DNA of 38,329 bases from Octopus sinensis (GCF_006345805.1 NW_021835794.1:1-38329), one strand, 5' to 3'. Shown: positions 12,032-23,538, counted from the first letter of the stretch. A program made the numbers and translations. The notes: generated from the letters alone by a model not told the origin.

Positions 12032-12102
12032 TTCAATTGTTTTACATAGCATATATAGGACAAATAGCGAAACTATTCTGAATAAATATACAAATAAAAA
12101 TG

Positions 12103-12493
12103 TGGAGACGCAATGGCCCAGTGGTTAGGGCAGCGGACTCGCGGTCGTAGCATCGCGGTTTCGATTCCCAGATCGGGCGTTGTGAGTGTTTATTGAGTGA
12201 AAACACCTAAAAGCTCCACGAGGCTCCGGCAGTGATGGTGGTGATCCCTGCTGTACTCTTTCACCACAACTTTCTCTCACTCTTACTTCCTGTTTCTGTT
12301 GTACCTGTATTTCAAAGGACCGGCCTTGTCACTCTCTGTGTCACGCTGAATATCCCCGAGAACTACGTTAAGGGTACACGTGTCTGTGGAGTGCTCAGCC
12401 ACTTACACGTTAATTTCACGAGCAGGCTGTTCTGTTGATCGGATCAACCGGAACCCTCGTCGTCGTAACCGACGGAGTGCTTCCAACCATCCA
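12103..12493 (+). mobile_element. SINE family B, full length, 12-bp TSD ACAAATAAAAAT
   Basis: Near-identical to 6659-7048; TSD at 12090-12101 and 12493-12504. Confidence 0.92.
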
Positions 12494-12626
12494 CAAATAA
12501 AAATATAATCTAATGTCTAGGTTTTATTTTTTCATGGTAATTTTAATATCTGTTCCATGTATGCCATATTAAAGAAATTGGTAAGAATATTATTATCATA
12601 ATTGTTGTATTTGCTGTTCGTACAGA

Positions 12627-12755
12627 CAGAAGCGTTAAAACACTGGGCAAAATGCTTAACAGGATTTTGCCCCCTCTTTACGTTGAGTTTAAATTGAAAC
12701 CGCAATCCTACAACCGCGAGTCCGCTCCCCTAACCACTGGGCCATTGCGCCTCCA
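12627..12755. mobile_element. Convergent junction of a SINE C head (+) and a SINE B head (-)
   Basis: 12627-12692 matches the family C head (CAGAAGCGTTAA..GGGCAAAATGCTTA..CTTTACGTTGAGTTTAAATT); 12690-12755 is the reverse complement of the family B head (TGGAGGCGCAATGGCCCAGTGGTTAGG). Confidence 0.75.
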
Positions 12756-12940
12756 TATATCTATCTATATATATATATATATATATAAATATATAAATAT
12801 ATATATATATGTGTGTGTGTATATATATATATCTATACATGTATACATATGTATGTGTATATATGTATATATATTATATGTATATATATGTATATATATA
12901 TATGTATATATATATGTATATATAATATATATATATATAC

Positions 12941-12972
<32 letters not shown>

Positions 12973-13082
12973 TAATATTATATATATATACAATATATAT
13001 AGTATATATATGTATATGTATATATATATACACACACAAACACACGCAAACACACACTCACACACACATATATATACATACT
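12756..13082. repeat. (TA)n/(TATG)n/(CA)n field
   Basis: Directly visible. Confidence 0.95.
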
Positions 13083-13088
13083 TACACA

Positions 13089-13535
13089 ACAGGCTTCTTT
13101 CAGTTTCTGTCGACCAAATCCACTCATGAGGCTTTGGTTAGGCTATGGCTATAGTAGATCACACTTGCCCAAGACGTCATGCAGTGAGAGAGAACCCGGA
13201 ACCATGTAAGAAGGAAGCAAACTTCTTACCAAACAACCAGTTATGTCACTTACTCTATTTTTATCGTTTTTTTTTGCATTATTTTATTTCCTTAGTATCT
13301 CTTATCTTTTATCTGTTTCAGTCATTTGACTGCGGCCATGCTGGGGCACCACTTTGAAGGGTTTTAGTCGAACAAATCGACCCCGAGCATATTTCTTTAA
13401 GCCTGGTATATGTGTTCTACCGTTCCCATTTTGCAAATGCTCTAAGTTGCGGGGACCTAAATTAACCAACACCGGTTGTCAAGCAGTGGTTGTAGAAAAA
13501 CACAAATATAAAGACACACACACACACACACATAA
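13089..13535 (-). mobile_element. SINE family A fragments: a 5' half (13089-13240) and a separate 3' half (13302-13535)
   Basis: Matches to the head and tail of the full copy at 13690-14113. Confidence 0.85.
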
Positions 13536-13689
13536 ATATATACATTTATACACGTGTCTGTGTGTCTGCGTATTTACGACGAGGTTCTACTACTCATTTC
13601 CTGTCTTATCTTTATTTGTTTGTTCATAAAATTCCATCTACCATATTAATTCATAACATACAAATGTATTTACTGTTCCTACCCATCTC

Positions 13690-14113
13690 TTTAACTCTTT
13701 ACTCTTTAACTTGTTTCAGTCATTTGACTGCGGCCATGCTGGAGCACCGCCTTTAGTCGAGCAAATCGACCCCGGGACTTATTCTTTTGTAAGCCCAGTA
13801 CTTATTCTATCGGCCTCTTTTTGCCAAACCGCTAAGTGACGGGGACTTAAACACACCAGCATCGGTTGTCAAGCAATGCTAGGGGGACAAACACAGACAC
13901 ACAAACACACACACATACATACATATATATATATATATATACATATATACGACAGACTTCTTTCAGTTTCCGTCTACCAAATCCACTCACAAGGCATTGG
14001 TCGGCCCTGGGCTATAGCAGAAGACACTTGCCCAAGATGCCACGCAGTGGGACTGAACCCGGAACCATGTGGTTGTTTAGCAAGCTACTTACCACACAGC
14101 CACTCCTGCGCCT
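13690..14113 (-). mobile_element. SINE family A, full length (tRNA head, CORE-like segment, internal microsatellite, CR1-like tail, (AGTAAAAG)n end)
   Basis: Minus-strand head AGGCGCAGGAGTGGCTGTGTGGTAAG..GGTTCAGTCCC, then GGCATCTTGGGCAAGTGTCTT (resembles the MIR/CORE start), tail GCGGTGCTCCAGCATGGCCGCAGTCAAATGACTGAAACAAG. Multiple copies in the window. Confidence 0.92.
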
Positions 14114-14859
14114 CTTGTTAATATTTCATAACGACAGTTTCTGCTTACCTCTCTCATTCTTTGTACCTTACATGTTTGTCTCTCTCGATTATTACTTTCA
14201 CTATCTTATTAAGTGTACCTCCCCTATTTTCACCCCCCTTTTCTCGTTCTTTCTGTCGCTCTCTTTCTTTCATCTTCACCTCCAACTTCACCGCGCATTT
14301 CCTTTCAGCATCTTACTTAATCTGCTTCCCTCCATTCTGTAGTAAAAATTTATCAATTATCAGTCTTCCATACAGCCTATAGATGAAGGATGATATTTGT
14401 ATGTATATAGTGGAGCTGAAAAATTGATGTAAGCAAGGTGTTCTCTTGATCTGAAGAGCTGACCTTCTATATCTACATATACAATAGTTATTTTAGAATG
14501 CATTCTAGTGCGGACATGTAATGTAATTTATTAAACACTAAAATAAAAATTATCATTCCATAATAATGGCCACCATCCTACAGATATCAACTGGTGACAT
14601 GATATATTTATCTTTCATGCTTCCTGATTTATTTCTGTTCTATATTGTCAGCATGAAATAATTTCATTCATTTTGGATTACAACGGGGTCTGTAGCCGGG
14701 TTCACTAGAGGTGCTTTTTTGTGATTACCACTGGTTTTTATGAATGCATATACGGTACATGTTTTGCAAACTACACATTACGAGTTCAGATCATTGAACA
14801 AAAATATAATGTGTTGTTTGTACATATATATATATATATGTGTGTCTGCGTGTATGTAT

Positions 14860-15030
14860 ATAGGGAAAGTTTACGAAAAAAAAAACGAAGACAGGTGGTG
14901 TACAAAACAAACAGATGTGTTTGTATAACGCTCAGGAATAGAAAAAGTCTTTTACGTTTCGAGCCTACGCTCTTCTACAGAAAGGGACAAAGAAAAAACA
15001 AGTAGAGAAAAAAATGTGTGTAGTGGCTAA
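14860..15030 (-). mobile_element. Penelope-like terminal fragment with a hammerhead-like motif
   Basis: Carries the motif at 14947-14988; its 3' end abuts a TA/TG tract. Class and boundaries are inferred. Confidence 0.5.
14947..14988 (-). ncRNA. Minimal hammerhead-like motif, dimer type, with an A6-to-U core substitution
   Basis: Minus strand GTCCCTTT|CTGTAGA|A|GAGC-GTAG-GCTC|GAA|ACGT|A|AAAGAC. Confidence 0.6.
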
Positions 15031-15586
15031 TATGTATGTATGTATTTTTGTATCATGTATGTATGTGTGTATGAATGTATGCATGTATGCAAGTATGTAT
15101 GTACATAAATGTATATACACAATAATTTTATTTGTATGTTGGTGCATTATCTCAGTAAACTACATTCGTAATCAGAGTTGTCTGCTCATGAATTAGAAAA
15201 ACAAAATAATCGTCTGCTATAGTTACAATATTTAGGTCAGAGTTGTGATGCATATACCTTTTACAGAATATATATTTTTTCTTTCTCCACCTTTAATAAA
15301 CTGATCGATTTTACTACATAATTAAAAGACGACGGACTACAGGCAAAAATTGTGAGCGAGATATCTTTGATGTTAAAAACTATAGCAACCGCCATATTGT
15401 TGTCTTTATATTTACTTTGATAAGGATATATATTTATATATATATAATTTATATAATTTATATAATTAAGTATAGACGTTATGTACATTGAGTTATGCAT
15501 ACGTAATAGATATCTCCTCAGGATATGTATGTATATATATATATATATATGCATGCTTGAATGTGTGTGAGTGCGCATGTGTGTGT

Positions 15587-15629
<43 letters not shown>

Positions 15630-15719
15630 GTATATCCACATATGTTCGTTTCTCAAGCACACTGAAATACACAAACACGTGTATGCATAAATGTATCGGT
15701 ATTTTCTTATGCTTTCATG

Positions 15720-16083
15720 CTGGGGTGGTTGCATAGAAAGAGGTTTGCTTCACTGTGACATGGTTACCGTTTCGGCCCCACTGCATGGCACCTTTTGCAA
15801 CTGCTTTCTCCTATAGCCTCGAGCCGACGAAAAAAAGAAAGAAACTTGTCGTATATGAATATATGTGTGTGTATAGTTCTGTGATTACGTGTGTGTGTGT
15901 GTGTGTGTGTGTGTCCAGGCTTGTCCCCACTGCCTGTTCACAACCGGTATTACCGTATTTGCGTCCCATACATTGGCAGTTCGACAAAAAAAGAAAAAAA
16001 TTACAAACTGGGGTCGATTCGTTCGACTAATAATTGTCCAGGCCGTTACCCCAGAATGAGCACAGTGTAATGACTGAGACAAG
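15720..16083 (+). mobile_element. SINE family A, old degenerate copy
   Basis: CCCCACTGCATGGCACCTT, CTATAGCCTCGAGCCGAC, internal (TG)n, CTGGGGTCGATTCGTTCGACT and AATGACTGAGACAAG occur in family order. Confidence 0.75.
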
Positions 16084-16106
16084 GAGAGGATAAAGGACAG
16101 TACTTA

Positions 16107-16137
<31 letters not shown>

Positions 16138-16321
16138 CACAATCAAGGAACGGCCATAATAGGCCATTCACCCACTAGAAATATATATATGCATTAAGAC
16201 TTTTTAGAGTATCAAAAGTGTTAACACATATTTCTTGCAATATCGGTGCTTCGGCACACTCGGTCACAATTAGTGACGACAAAAGTTTTCCGTTATCGTG
16301 TAATATTACGCCTATTTATTT

Positions 16322-16556
16322 GTGTGCCAAGAGCAATACATAAGCCAAACAAAAAACAGTCTATGTCAAAGGATGGCTCTGCACAGATCCCCCCAAAACA
16401 GAAAAATAGCATTTAGCCAACACATCGACATTTGCGCCAATAACGAAAATCCAAGATTCAGAATTTTTCCCTCTCAGGGACGATACAACCTGTAGCCAAC
16501 GAATTAGTAAGGCGGCTCTCTTTGTTACAAAATACAAACCCCTTTTGAACTCATTT
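16322..16556 (+). pseudogene. Penelope-type GIY-YIG endonuclease remnant (C-terminal part, frameshifted)
   Basis: VCQEQYISQTKNSLCQRMALHR..RKIAFSQHIDICANNENPRFRIFP, then in another frame QRISKAALFVTKYKPLLNS. Resembles the YIG-T..L..R..H and (E)A.FI...KP.LN motifs of Penelope endonucleases. Not in the ORF track. Confidence 0.7.
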
Positions 16557-17230
16557 ACAACAAACGATATATCCACCACGGCCTTAGAATAATACACACG
16601 CAAATATAAAAAAAGGATACATTCAAGAGATACCCAATAATTCATTTAAAAAACAGACCCAATCACTGCTATAACCCACAACGAGTCACTTTTTGGTCAC
16701 TTGACCCGCATTCCCTTATCATTCTCTCTTCTCTTTCTCTTCCTTCTTCGTCTTCTTCCTCTCCACCACCACCACCTTCCTTACTTTACTACCACTGCTT
16801 TTTAGAATAACCCCTACGCAAATATTATAAACAATACATTCAAAAGAGATATCACAAGAATTCAATCAATACTACCATCCACAACATCTCCCTTTCAGGG
16901 CACTTGACCATTTAACAACCTACTACTATCATGGTACTCTCGCATTCTTCTTCTCCTCCTCCTCCTCCTCCTCTCCTCCTCCTCCTTCTCTGCCAAGAAA
17001 TTGCAACGACGTCGAAACCACAAGAGTAAACAAGATAGACAGGCAGAAAAAAGGAAAATGTCCCTTGTATTTGAATACTATGCAAATATTCTTTTCAAAA
17101 TCTTTTCTTTTAATTTTTCCAAAATTGAATTGTTTTTCATACTTACAATTGAAAAATTCTCAATGACTCAAACCGGTACTGAAATGTATTTTATAAAATT
17201 ATTTTAGCATTTTCTACCTTGACTCTTCCT

Positions 17231-17269
<39 letters not shown>

Positions 17270-17629
17270 AAAATGGGACAAAGATGCACAACATCCAGAC
17301 AGATGATACAAAGAAAACAAGGACGGGTCATTCGGAATTTTCTAGCCACATTCGACTTCCAGATTGTCTTTGCAATTTCGGCTGATTATATACGGATTGC
17401 TCCAGTCTGGCCAATCCCAAGGAAAACTAAGCGAAGGTGCATTAGATTCCTTGGAAGAAAGCTTCGAAAACGAGGACGGATGAAAACAGAGAAATGTTAC
17501 ACAAATACAAATGCAATTAACAGGACATAACAACAGGTGTCTTTCGTTCCCCCTATCTCACATTTCCTGGCTTTCTCTTCCCGCTCACTTTCCCTCCACT
17601 TTCATTTCACCGTGTCTCTTTTCATTTTA

Positions 17630-19170
17630 AATATATATATATATTATATATTATATATATATCAATCGAGACACCAATATTTACTTTATGATAACTTAGA
17701 TATTGAACTCATTAAAATCTGTGTAACGTCACATACTTCACTGTATTGCGCACTGTTACTATGTATACAAAAATAAACAGGGACACAGACAGACAACGAC
17801 AGACAGACAGACAGACAAACAGCGATTTAGATAGATAGATAGATAGATTCATACAAACATATATATATATATATATACATATACACACACATATATGCGT
17901 ATATATATATATATACATACGCTATATTCATATATAATATTATGTATATATATACATACGTATATAATATATATAATAATATATATATAATATATATATA
18001 TAATTATATATATATATATATGTATATATAATATATATATATATATATATGTACAAGCTCATATATATGTACATATATATATACGTATATGTATATGTAT
18101 ATGCAAATATATATATACGTATATGTATATATATATATGTATGTATAAATATATATATATATATATATATATTAGTGTGTGAAGATCATAGATATTTTTG
18201 AGCCTAACTTTCTCTGTGTGTGCCTGTGCTTCTGTGTGTGTTTATGTGTGTGTGGGTGTACGTGCGTGTGTGTATGTGAGTCTTTGTGCATGTGGTCGTG
18301 CGGAGGTGTTGGTTACTTTATTGATTTGAGGAGTCTATATACATGAAGTAATATATCGTATGCTGCACCACCATTAAACGTCGCAATTGATTTTATATGC
18401 ACAGACGCGGGCCATTTACGCGTTTTATTGATATATGGACGTGCATAGATGTGTATTAATGCACGTGTGGCTCTATATGTCTACTAAGCACCCTCTATGC
18501 ATATATGAATGTGCATGTATGTGTATATGCATATGTATATGTATGTATTTGCTTGTGTGACATTGCATGTCTATTGCTTTTGGGAATGTTATAGTTGTCT
18601 GTGCTTCTGTGGATGTACAAACAAAAATAGCCCCTAAATATTATCAAAAATGTATTTAGGCATACACATATGCATCTCTGTACATATATGTATACATATA
18701 TATATATATACATATATATATTTATATGTATATACATATATATATATATGTATACATATACATGTGTATATATATATGTGTATATATATATATATAAATA
18801 TATATGTATATATATGTATATATGTATACATATATATATATGTGTGTGTGCGTGTGTGTGTGTGTTGTGTGTGTGTGTGTAGTATGAATGTATATTTCTT
18901 TATCAATATTTCTATAAGCCTGAAGCAGACATGAAAACACGCGCACACACACGCATACACACATACCTCACATAACAAATATATATCTGTGTATATAATT
19001 ACATGCACTCGCACAAAAGTACAGGCATACAAATATATATATATATTAATAAATGTCAATATATTTGTATTTATATACATATACAAATATATGCATTAAT
19101 ATATATATATATACATACATACATACATTTATATACATATATATGTACTTATCCACCCACGCACACATGC
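17630..19170. repeat. Large (TA)n/(TATG)n/(TG)n/(GACA)n fields interrupted by a unique island at about 18290-18495
   Basis: Directly visible. Confidence 0.9.
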
Positions 19171-19365
19171 ACACACATTTCGATAACCTACTAAGAGCTG
19201 CTAAATTCATTCAGGCATTGTTTTTGCATAGATACTTGTCTATAACTATGGACATGAATCCAAATATATTTCCCTTTCGTTTCGTTCGTGTATGCGCACG
19301 TTGAAACAGTCTGCAGGTATCCTGACAAGCCAGTCTGTTACTATACTTAGATATATACGTATATT

Positions 19366-19782
19366 CTCTTTACTCTTTTACTCTTTTACTTGTTTCAGTC
19401 ATTTGACTGCGGCCATGCAGGAGCACCGCCTTTAATCGAGCAACTCGACCCCGGGACTTATTCTTTTTTTTGTAAGCCCAGTACTTATTCTATCGGTCTC
19501 TTTTGCCGAAACGCTAAGTAACGAGGACATAAACACACTAGCATCGGTTGTCAAGCAATGCTAGGGAGACAAACACAGACACACAACACACACACGCATA
19601 TATATATATACATATATACGACAGGCTTCTTTCAGTTTCCGTCTACCAAATCCACTCACAAGGCTTTGGTCGGCCCGAGGCTATAGTAGAATACACTTGC
19701 CCAAGGTGCCACGCAGTGGGACTGAACCCGGAACCATGTGGTTGGTAAACGAGCTAATTAACAAACAGCCACTCCTGCGCCT
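19366..19782 (-). mobile_element. SINE family A, full length
   Basis: Collinear with and highly similar to 13690-14113. Confidence 0.92.
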
Positions 19783-20491
19783 ATATGTATATATTTAACT
19801 AATTAAAATTCATGTAATGTATTTTACTCTCAAATTACATATGTATGAATGAATCTGTAATTTTTTGTATACATACGTATGTATAGATTTATGTATATAT
19901 GTACTATGTATTGTTCATGCACGTATATATGTACTACGGGGTTTTACCAGTGTTTCTATCCGTTGCTGGATGCCAACATAATGAAGTAACTCGGAGCCCC
20001 CAGAGACAGCCGTCGGGACTTTTAACACTATACATTCTCCCTTCTAATCTTTTTAGGCTTTGTAATCTGAGTAAGTTTGCTCTATTGATATATATGCGTT
20101 TATGTGTGTGTGTGTGTGTATGTGTGTGTGTGTATGTGTGTATGTGTGTGGAATTTGACATATATATATTTATATTTATTTATACTTGAATGTTAATTAT
20201 TGGAGAATTTTTATGTCCTCGCCTTTTCTTTATTTACATCTATACATCTATATATATTGTGAATATCAAAGCCAAGGAGTGTTATCTTTTCCCTGGAGGC
20301 CTTCTAAATTCTCGCTTAATAGAAAACGAAACGACCTTTGTTACACGACTAAAACAGTGAAGTTTCTACTCAGCCTTCATCTTTTATCTCATTACGATAA
20401 AAATATCTTATATATATATATAATTTATATCCTTAAATCCTTAAAAATATTTTAGCCCGAAGGCCGTATGTATTTAATTTATGTATATAAT

Positions 20492-20540
<49 letters not shown>

Positions 20541-20797
20541 TGGTGTGTGTGTGTCTGTATATGTATGTTTACATAGGCATAAATTAGCCCTCTGAACTTC
20601 TTAGACCCTCTTCAGAACTCTCTCATGAAGCCTAGCGGCACACCCAAGTACTCTACCTTTATCTATAGATCACTACAATTCACTGAAAAGATTGAAATAA
20701 CATGTAGAGTACTCCTCTTGGCAGAAACAGCTGTAGGAAACTGCTCTCCTTTTTCTATTCTTGAAATTACTGGTACTTTACACATGTATACATACAT

Positions 20798-21185
20798 GGA
20801 GGCGCAATGACCCAGTGGTTAGGGCAGCGGACTCGCGGTCGTAGGATCGCGGTTTCGATTCCCAGACCGAGCGCTGTGAGTGTTTATTGAGCGAAAACAC
20901 CTAAAGCTCCATGAGGCTCCGGCAGGGGATGGTGGTGATCCCTCCTGTACTCTTTCACCACAACTTTCTCTCACTCTTACTTCCTGTTTCTGTTGTACCT
21001 GTATTTCAAAGGGCCGGCCTTGTCACTCTCTGTGTCACGCAGAATATCCCCGAGAACTACGTTAAGGGTGCACGTGTCTGTGGAGTGCTCAGCCACTTAC
21101 ACGTTAATTTCACGAGCAGGCTGTTCCGTTGATCGGATCAACCGGAACCCTCGTCGTCGTAACCGACGGAGTGCTTCCACATCCA
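20798..21185 (+). mobile_element. SINE family B, full length
   Basis: Near-identical to 6659-7048 and 12103-12493. Confidence 0.92.
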
Positions 21186-21279
21186 TATACACTCAGAACT
21201 GTTTTGAATAATTAAATAGACATAATATAATGTCTAACAGCTGATGCTTACTACCTCTGGATACCCTCCATTTTCTTCT

Positions 21280-21343
<64 letters not shown>

Positions 21344-21618
21344 GTGAGTGAGTGAAGGAGAGCCTTGTTAAATATACATGCGTATGTATGTATACATACA
21401 TATATATTTATGTATGCTTATGTATATAGATATTTATATGTGTGCATATATGTATATATATATACATATATATATAGATGCACATATGTGTATGTATGCA
21501 TGCATGTATGTAAAATTTCTATTCGTAGGTATGCACTAAACACATGCAAGCCAGCCCACACACATGTATGTATAAATACATATATATTTATGTATGCTTA
21601 TGTATATATATATTTATA

Positions 21619-21667
<49 letters not shown>

Positions 21668-21670
<3 letters not shown>

Positions 21671-21884
21671 GGTCCCGGTTGATTCGGGGTTAACCACAGT
21701 AAATAAGGTACTCAATACATAGCAGAGTAAAATTAATTTATTATATAGAAGGAGCTTCTACAGGACTAGAACTGTTTCATTCAAGAGAAATCTTCAGAGA
21801 AATCTTCATTCAAGAGAAATCTTCCTGAAGATTTCTCTTGAATGAAACAGTTCTAGTCCTGTAGAAGCTCCTTCTATATAATAA

Positions 21885-21888
<4 letters not shown>
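21668..21888. mobile_element. Penelope-like fragment with a terminal fold-back (61-bp perfect inverted repeat), inserted in (TA)n
   Basis: Arms 21737-21797 and 21825-21885 are exact reverse complements; the 27-nt spacer is built from duplicated arm-end sequence; (TA)n on both sides. Confidence 0.7.
21821..21867 (+). ncRNA. Type I hammerhead ribozyme motif, predicted cleavage after GUA at 21863
   Basis: CTTC|CTGAAGA|T-TTC-TCTT-GAA-T|GAA|ACAG-TTCTAGTC-CTGT|A|GAAG: perfect 4-bp stems I and III and intact core; weak stem II closed by U.U. Confidence 0.65.
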
Positions 21889-21923
<35 letters not shown>

Positions 21924-22189
21924 GCACATATGTGTATGTATGCATGTATGTAAAATTCTATACGTATGTATACACTAAACACATGCAAACCAGCCTATAT
22001 GTCTGTTGGTGTAGACATTTATTTTTAATACATTTCTACATGCCAGATATTATATGTGTGTCATGAAATGTGTTTGTGTCCGAGAGAGAGCGAGAGAGAG
22101 AGTGTGTGTGTATGTGCGTGTGTATAACGTGTCATCTCAAAGCGAAAAAAACGATAGTGCGTACAATCTTTGTAATGGCAACAAAATCA

Positions 22190-22194
22190 TTGCC

Positions 22195-22235
<41 letters not shown>

Positions 22236-23085
22236 CAGTATAATCATAATAATAATGACTTGGAATCGCTAAAGGGGAGTTCGTTTTGAATTTACGATCA
22301 AAGGGAGTGGAAATAAAGAAATTAGAACGAGCGCGCGCTCGTGTGTATATAGATATACTCACATAGACACAGGATACATATAATATATATATATGTATAC
22401 ATACATACATACATACATACATACATACATACATACTACATACATACATACTACATACATACATACATACATATATATGTATGTATGTATAAACATATAT
22501 AAATATATATATTAAATGAAAATTATATTAGAAAATACATTTGCAACAATGGCGGATATTTTCATATAGGTGTTTTATGAATTATTCTGTCGATTCATGC
22601 ATATGAATACATAGAACACTCTATTTGTTTGTCTTATTTATTCATCTATCTGTCTGTCTATCAATAGATCTATCTATCTGTCTGTTTGTCTGTCTTTCTA
22701 TCGATCTATCTATGTATCTCTCTCCCACACTCTCTTCTCTCATTCTATATATATATATTTCATATTATATATCTTTTAAACTCCACACATACATATACAC
22801 ATATTTTCATACAATGCACATACATAGAATAATAGTTTTATTCATGTGTAATTATACATATACACACAGATGTATGTATGTATGTATTTATGTATGTACG
22901 TATGTATGTATATGTGTTTGTTTGTATGTATGTATGTATGTATGTATGTATGTATGTATGTATGTATGTTTGTATGTATGTGTGTATGTATGTATGTAGT
23001 ATGTATGTATGTATGTATGTACGTATGTATGTATATATGTTTGTTTGTATGTGTGCTTGCATGTGTGTATATATGTATGAATATA
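22190..23085. repeat. (AGT)n, (TACA)n, (TCTA)n and (TATG)n microsatellites
   Basis: Directly visible. Confidence 0.9.
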
Positions 23086-23457
23086 TAATAAGTGTTATGT
23101 TTAGAAGCCATACAACTCAGGATTTTCCCATTCAGTTCCTGTGGAACTGTCCACCTCAAATCCTCGTTATAATATCCTTTTAAACAAAGCAAGAACAACG
23201 TACATTGTTATGGCGTAGTGTTGCATGACATAGTAGCAAGTCTAAACCAAATATTGTATCATATAAAGGGAGAAAAGCTTCCTTTCTTGCATAATTATCT
23301 GAAACCTGCGAACTATATGCACTCGAAATATAAATATTTTGTTTGAATTTGTTCCCCCCCTCATGCACACACATACAAACATACATACATACACACTGAA
23401 GCGCACATATAAATATATACTTATACATATATATATATATATAATATATATATATTA

Positions 23458-23488
<31 letters not shown>

Positions 23489-23507
23489 TATATATATATA
23501 TAATATA

Positions 23508-23538
<31 letters not shown>

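Noticed and set aside
16985-17034. Hammerhead-like string CTGCCAA..TCGAAAC..GTA downstream of the GIY-YIG relic
   Set aside because: Two core mismatches and no convincing stem I or II; at best a fossil.
19952-19981. VSIRCWMPT resembling the innexin I.CW.P motif
   Set aside because: Immediate stop codon and no supporting flanking homology.
6793-21132. Three near-identical small ORFs (MVVIPAVLFHHNF...) suggesting a gene family
   Set aside because: They lie within the three SINE B copies, which have Pol III boxes and TSDs.
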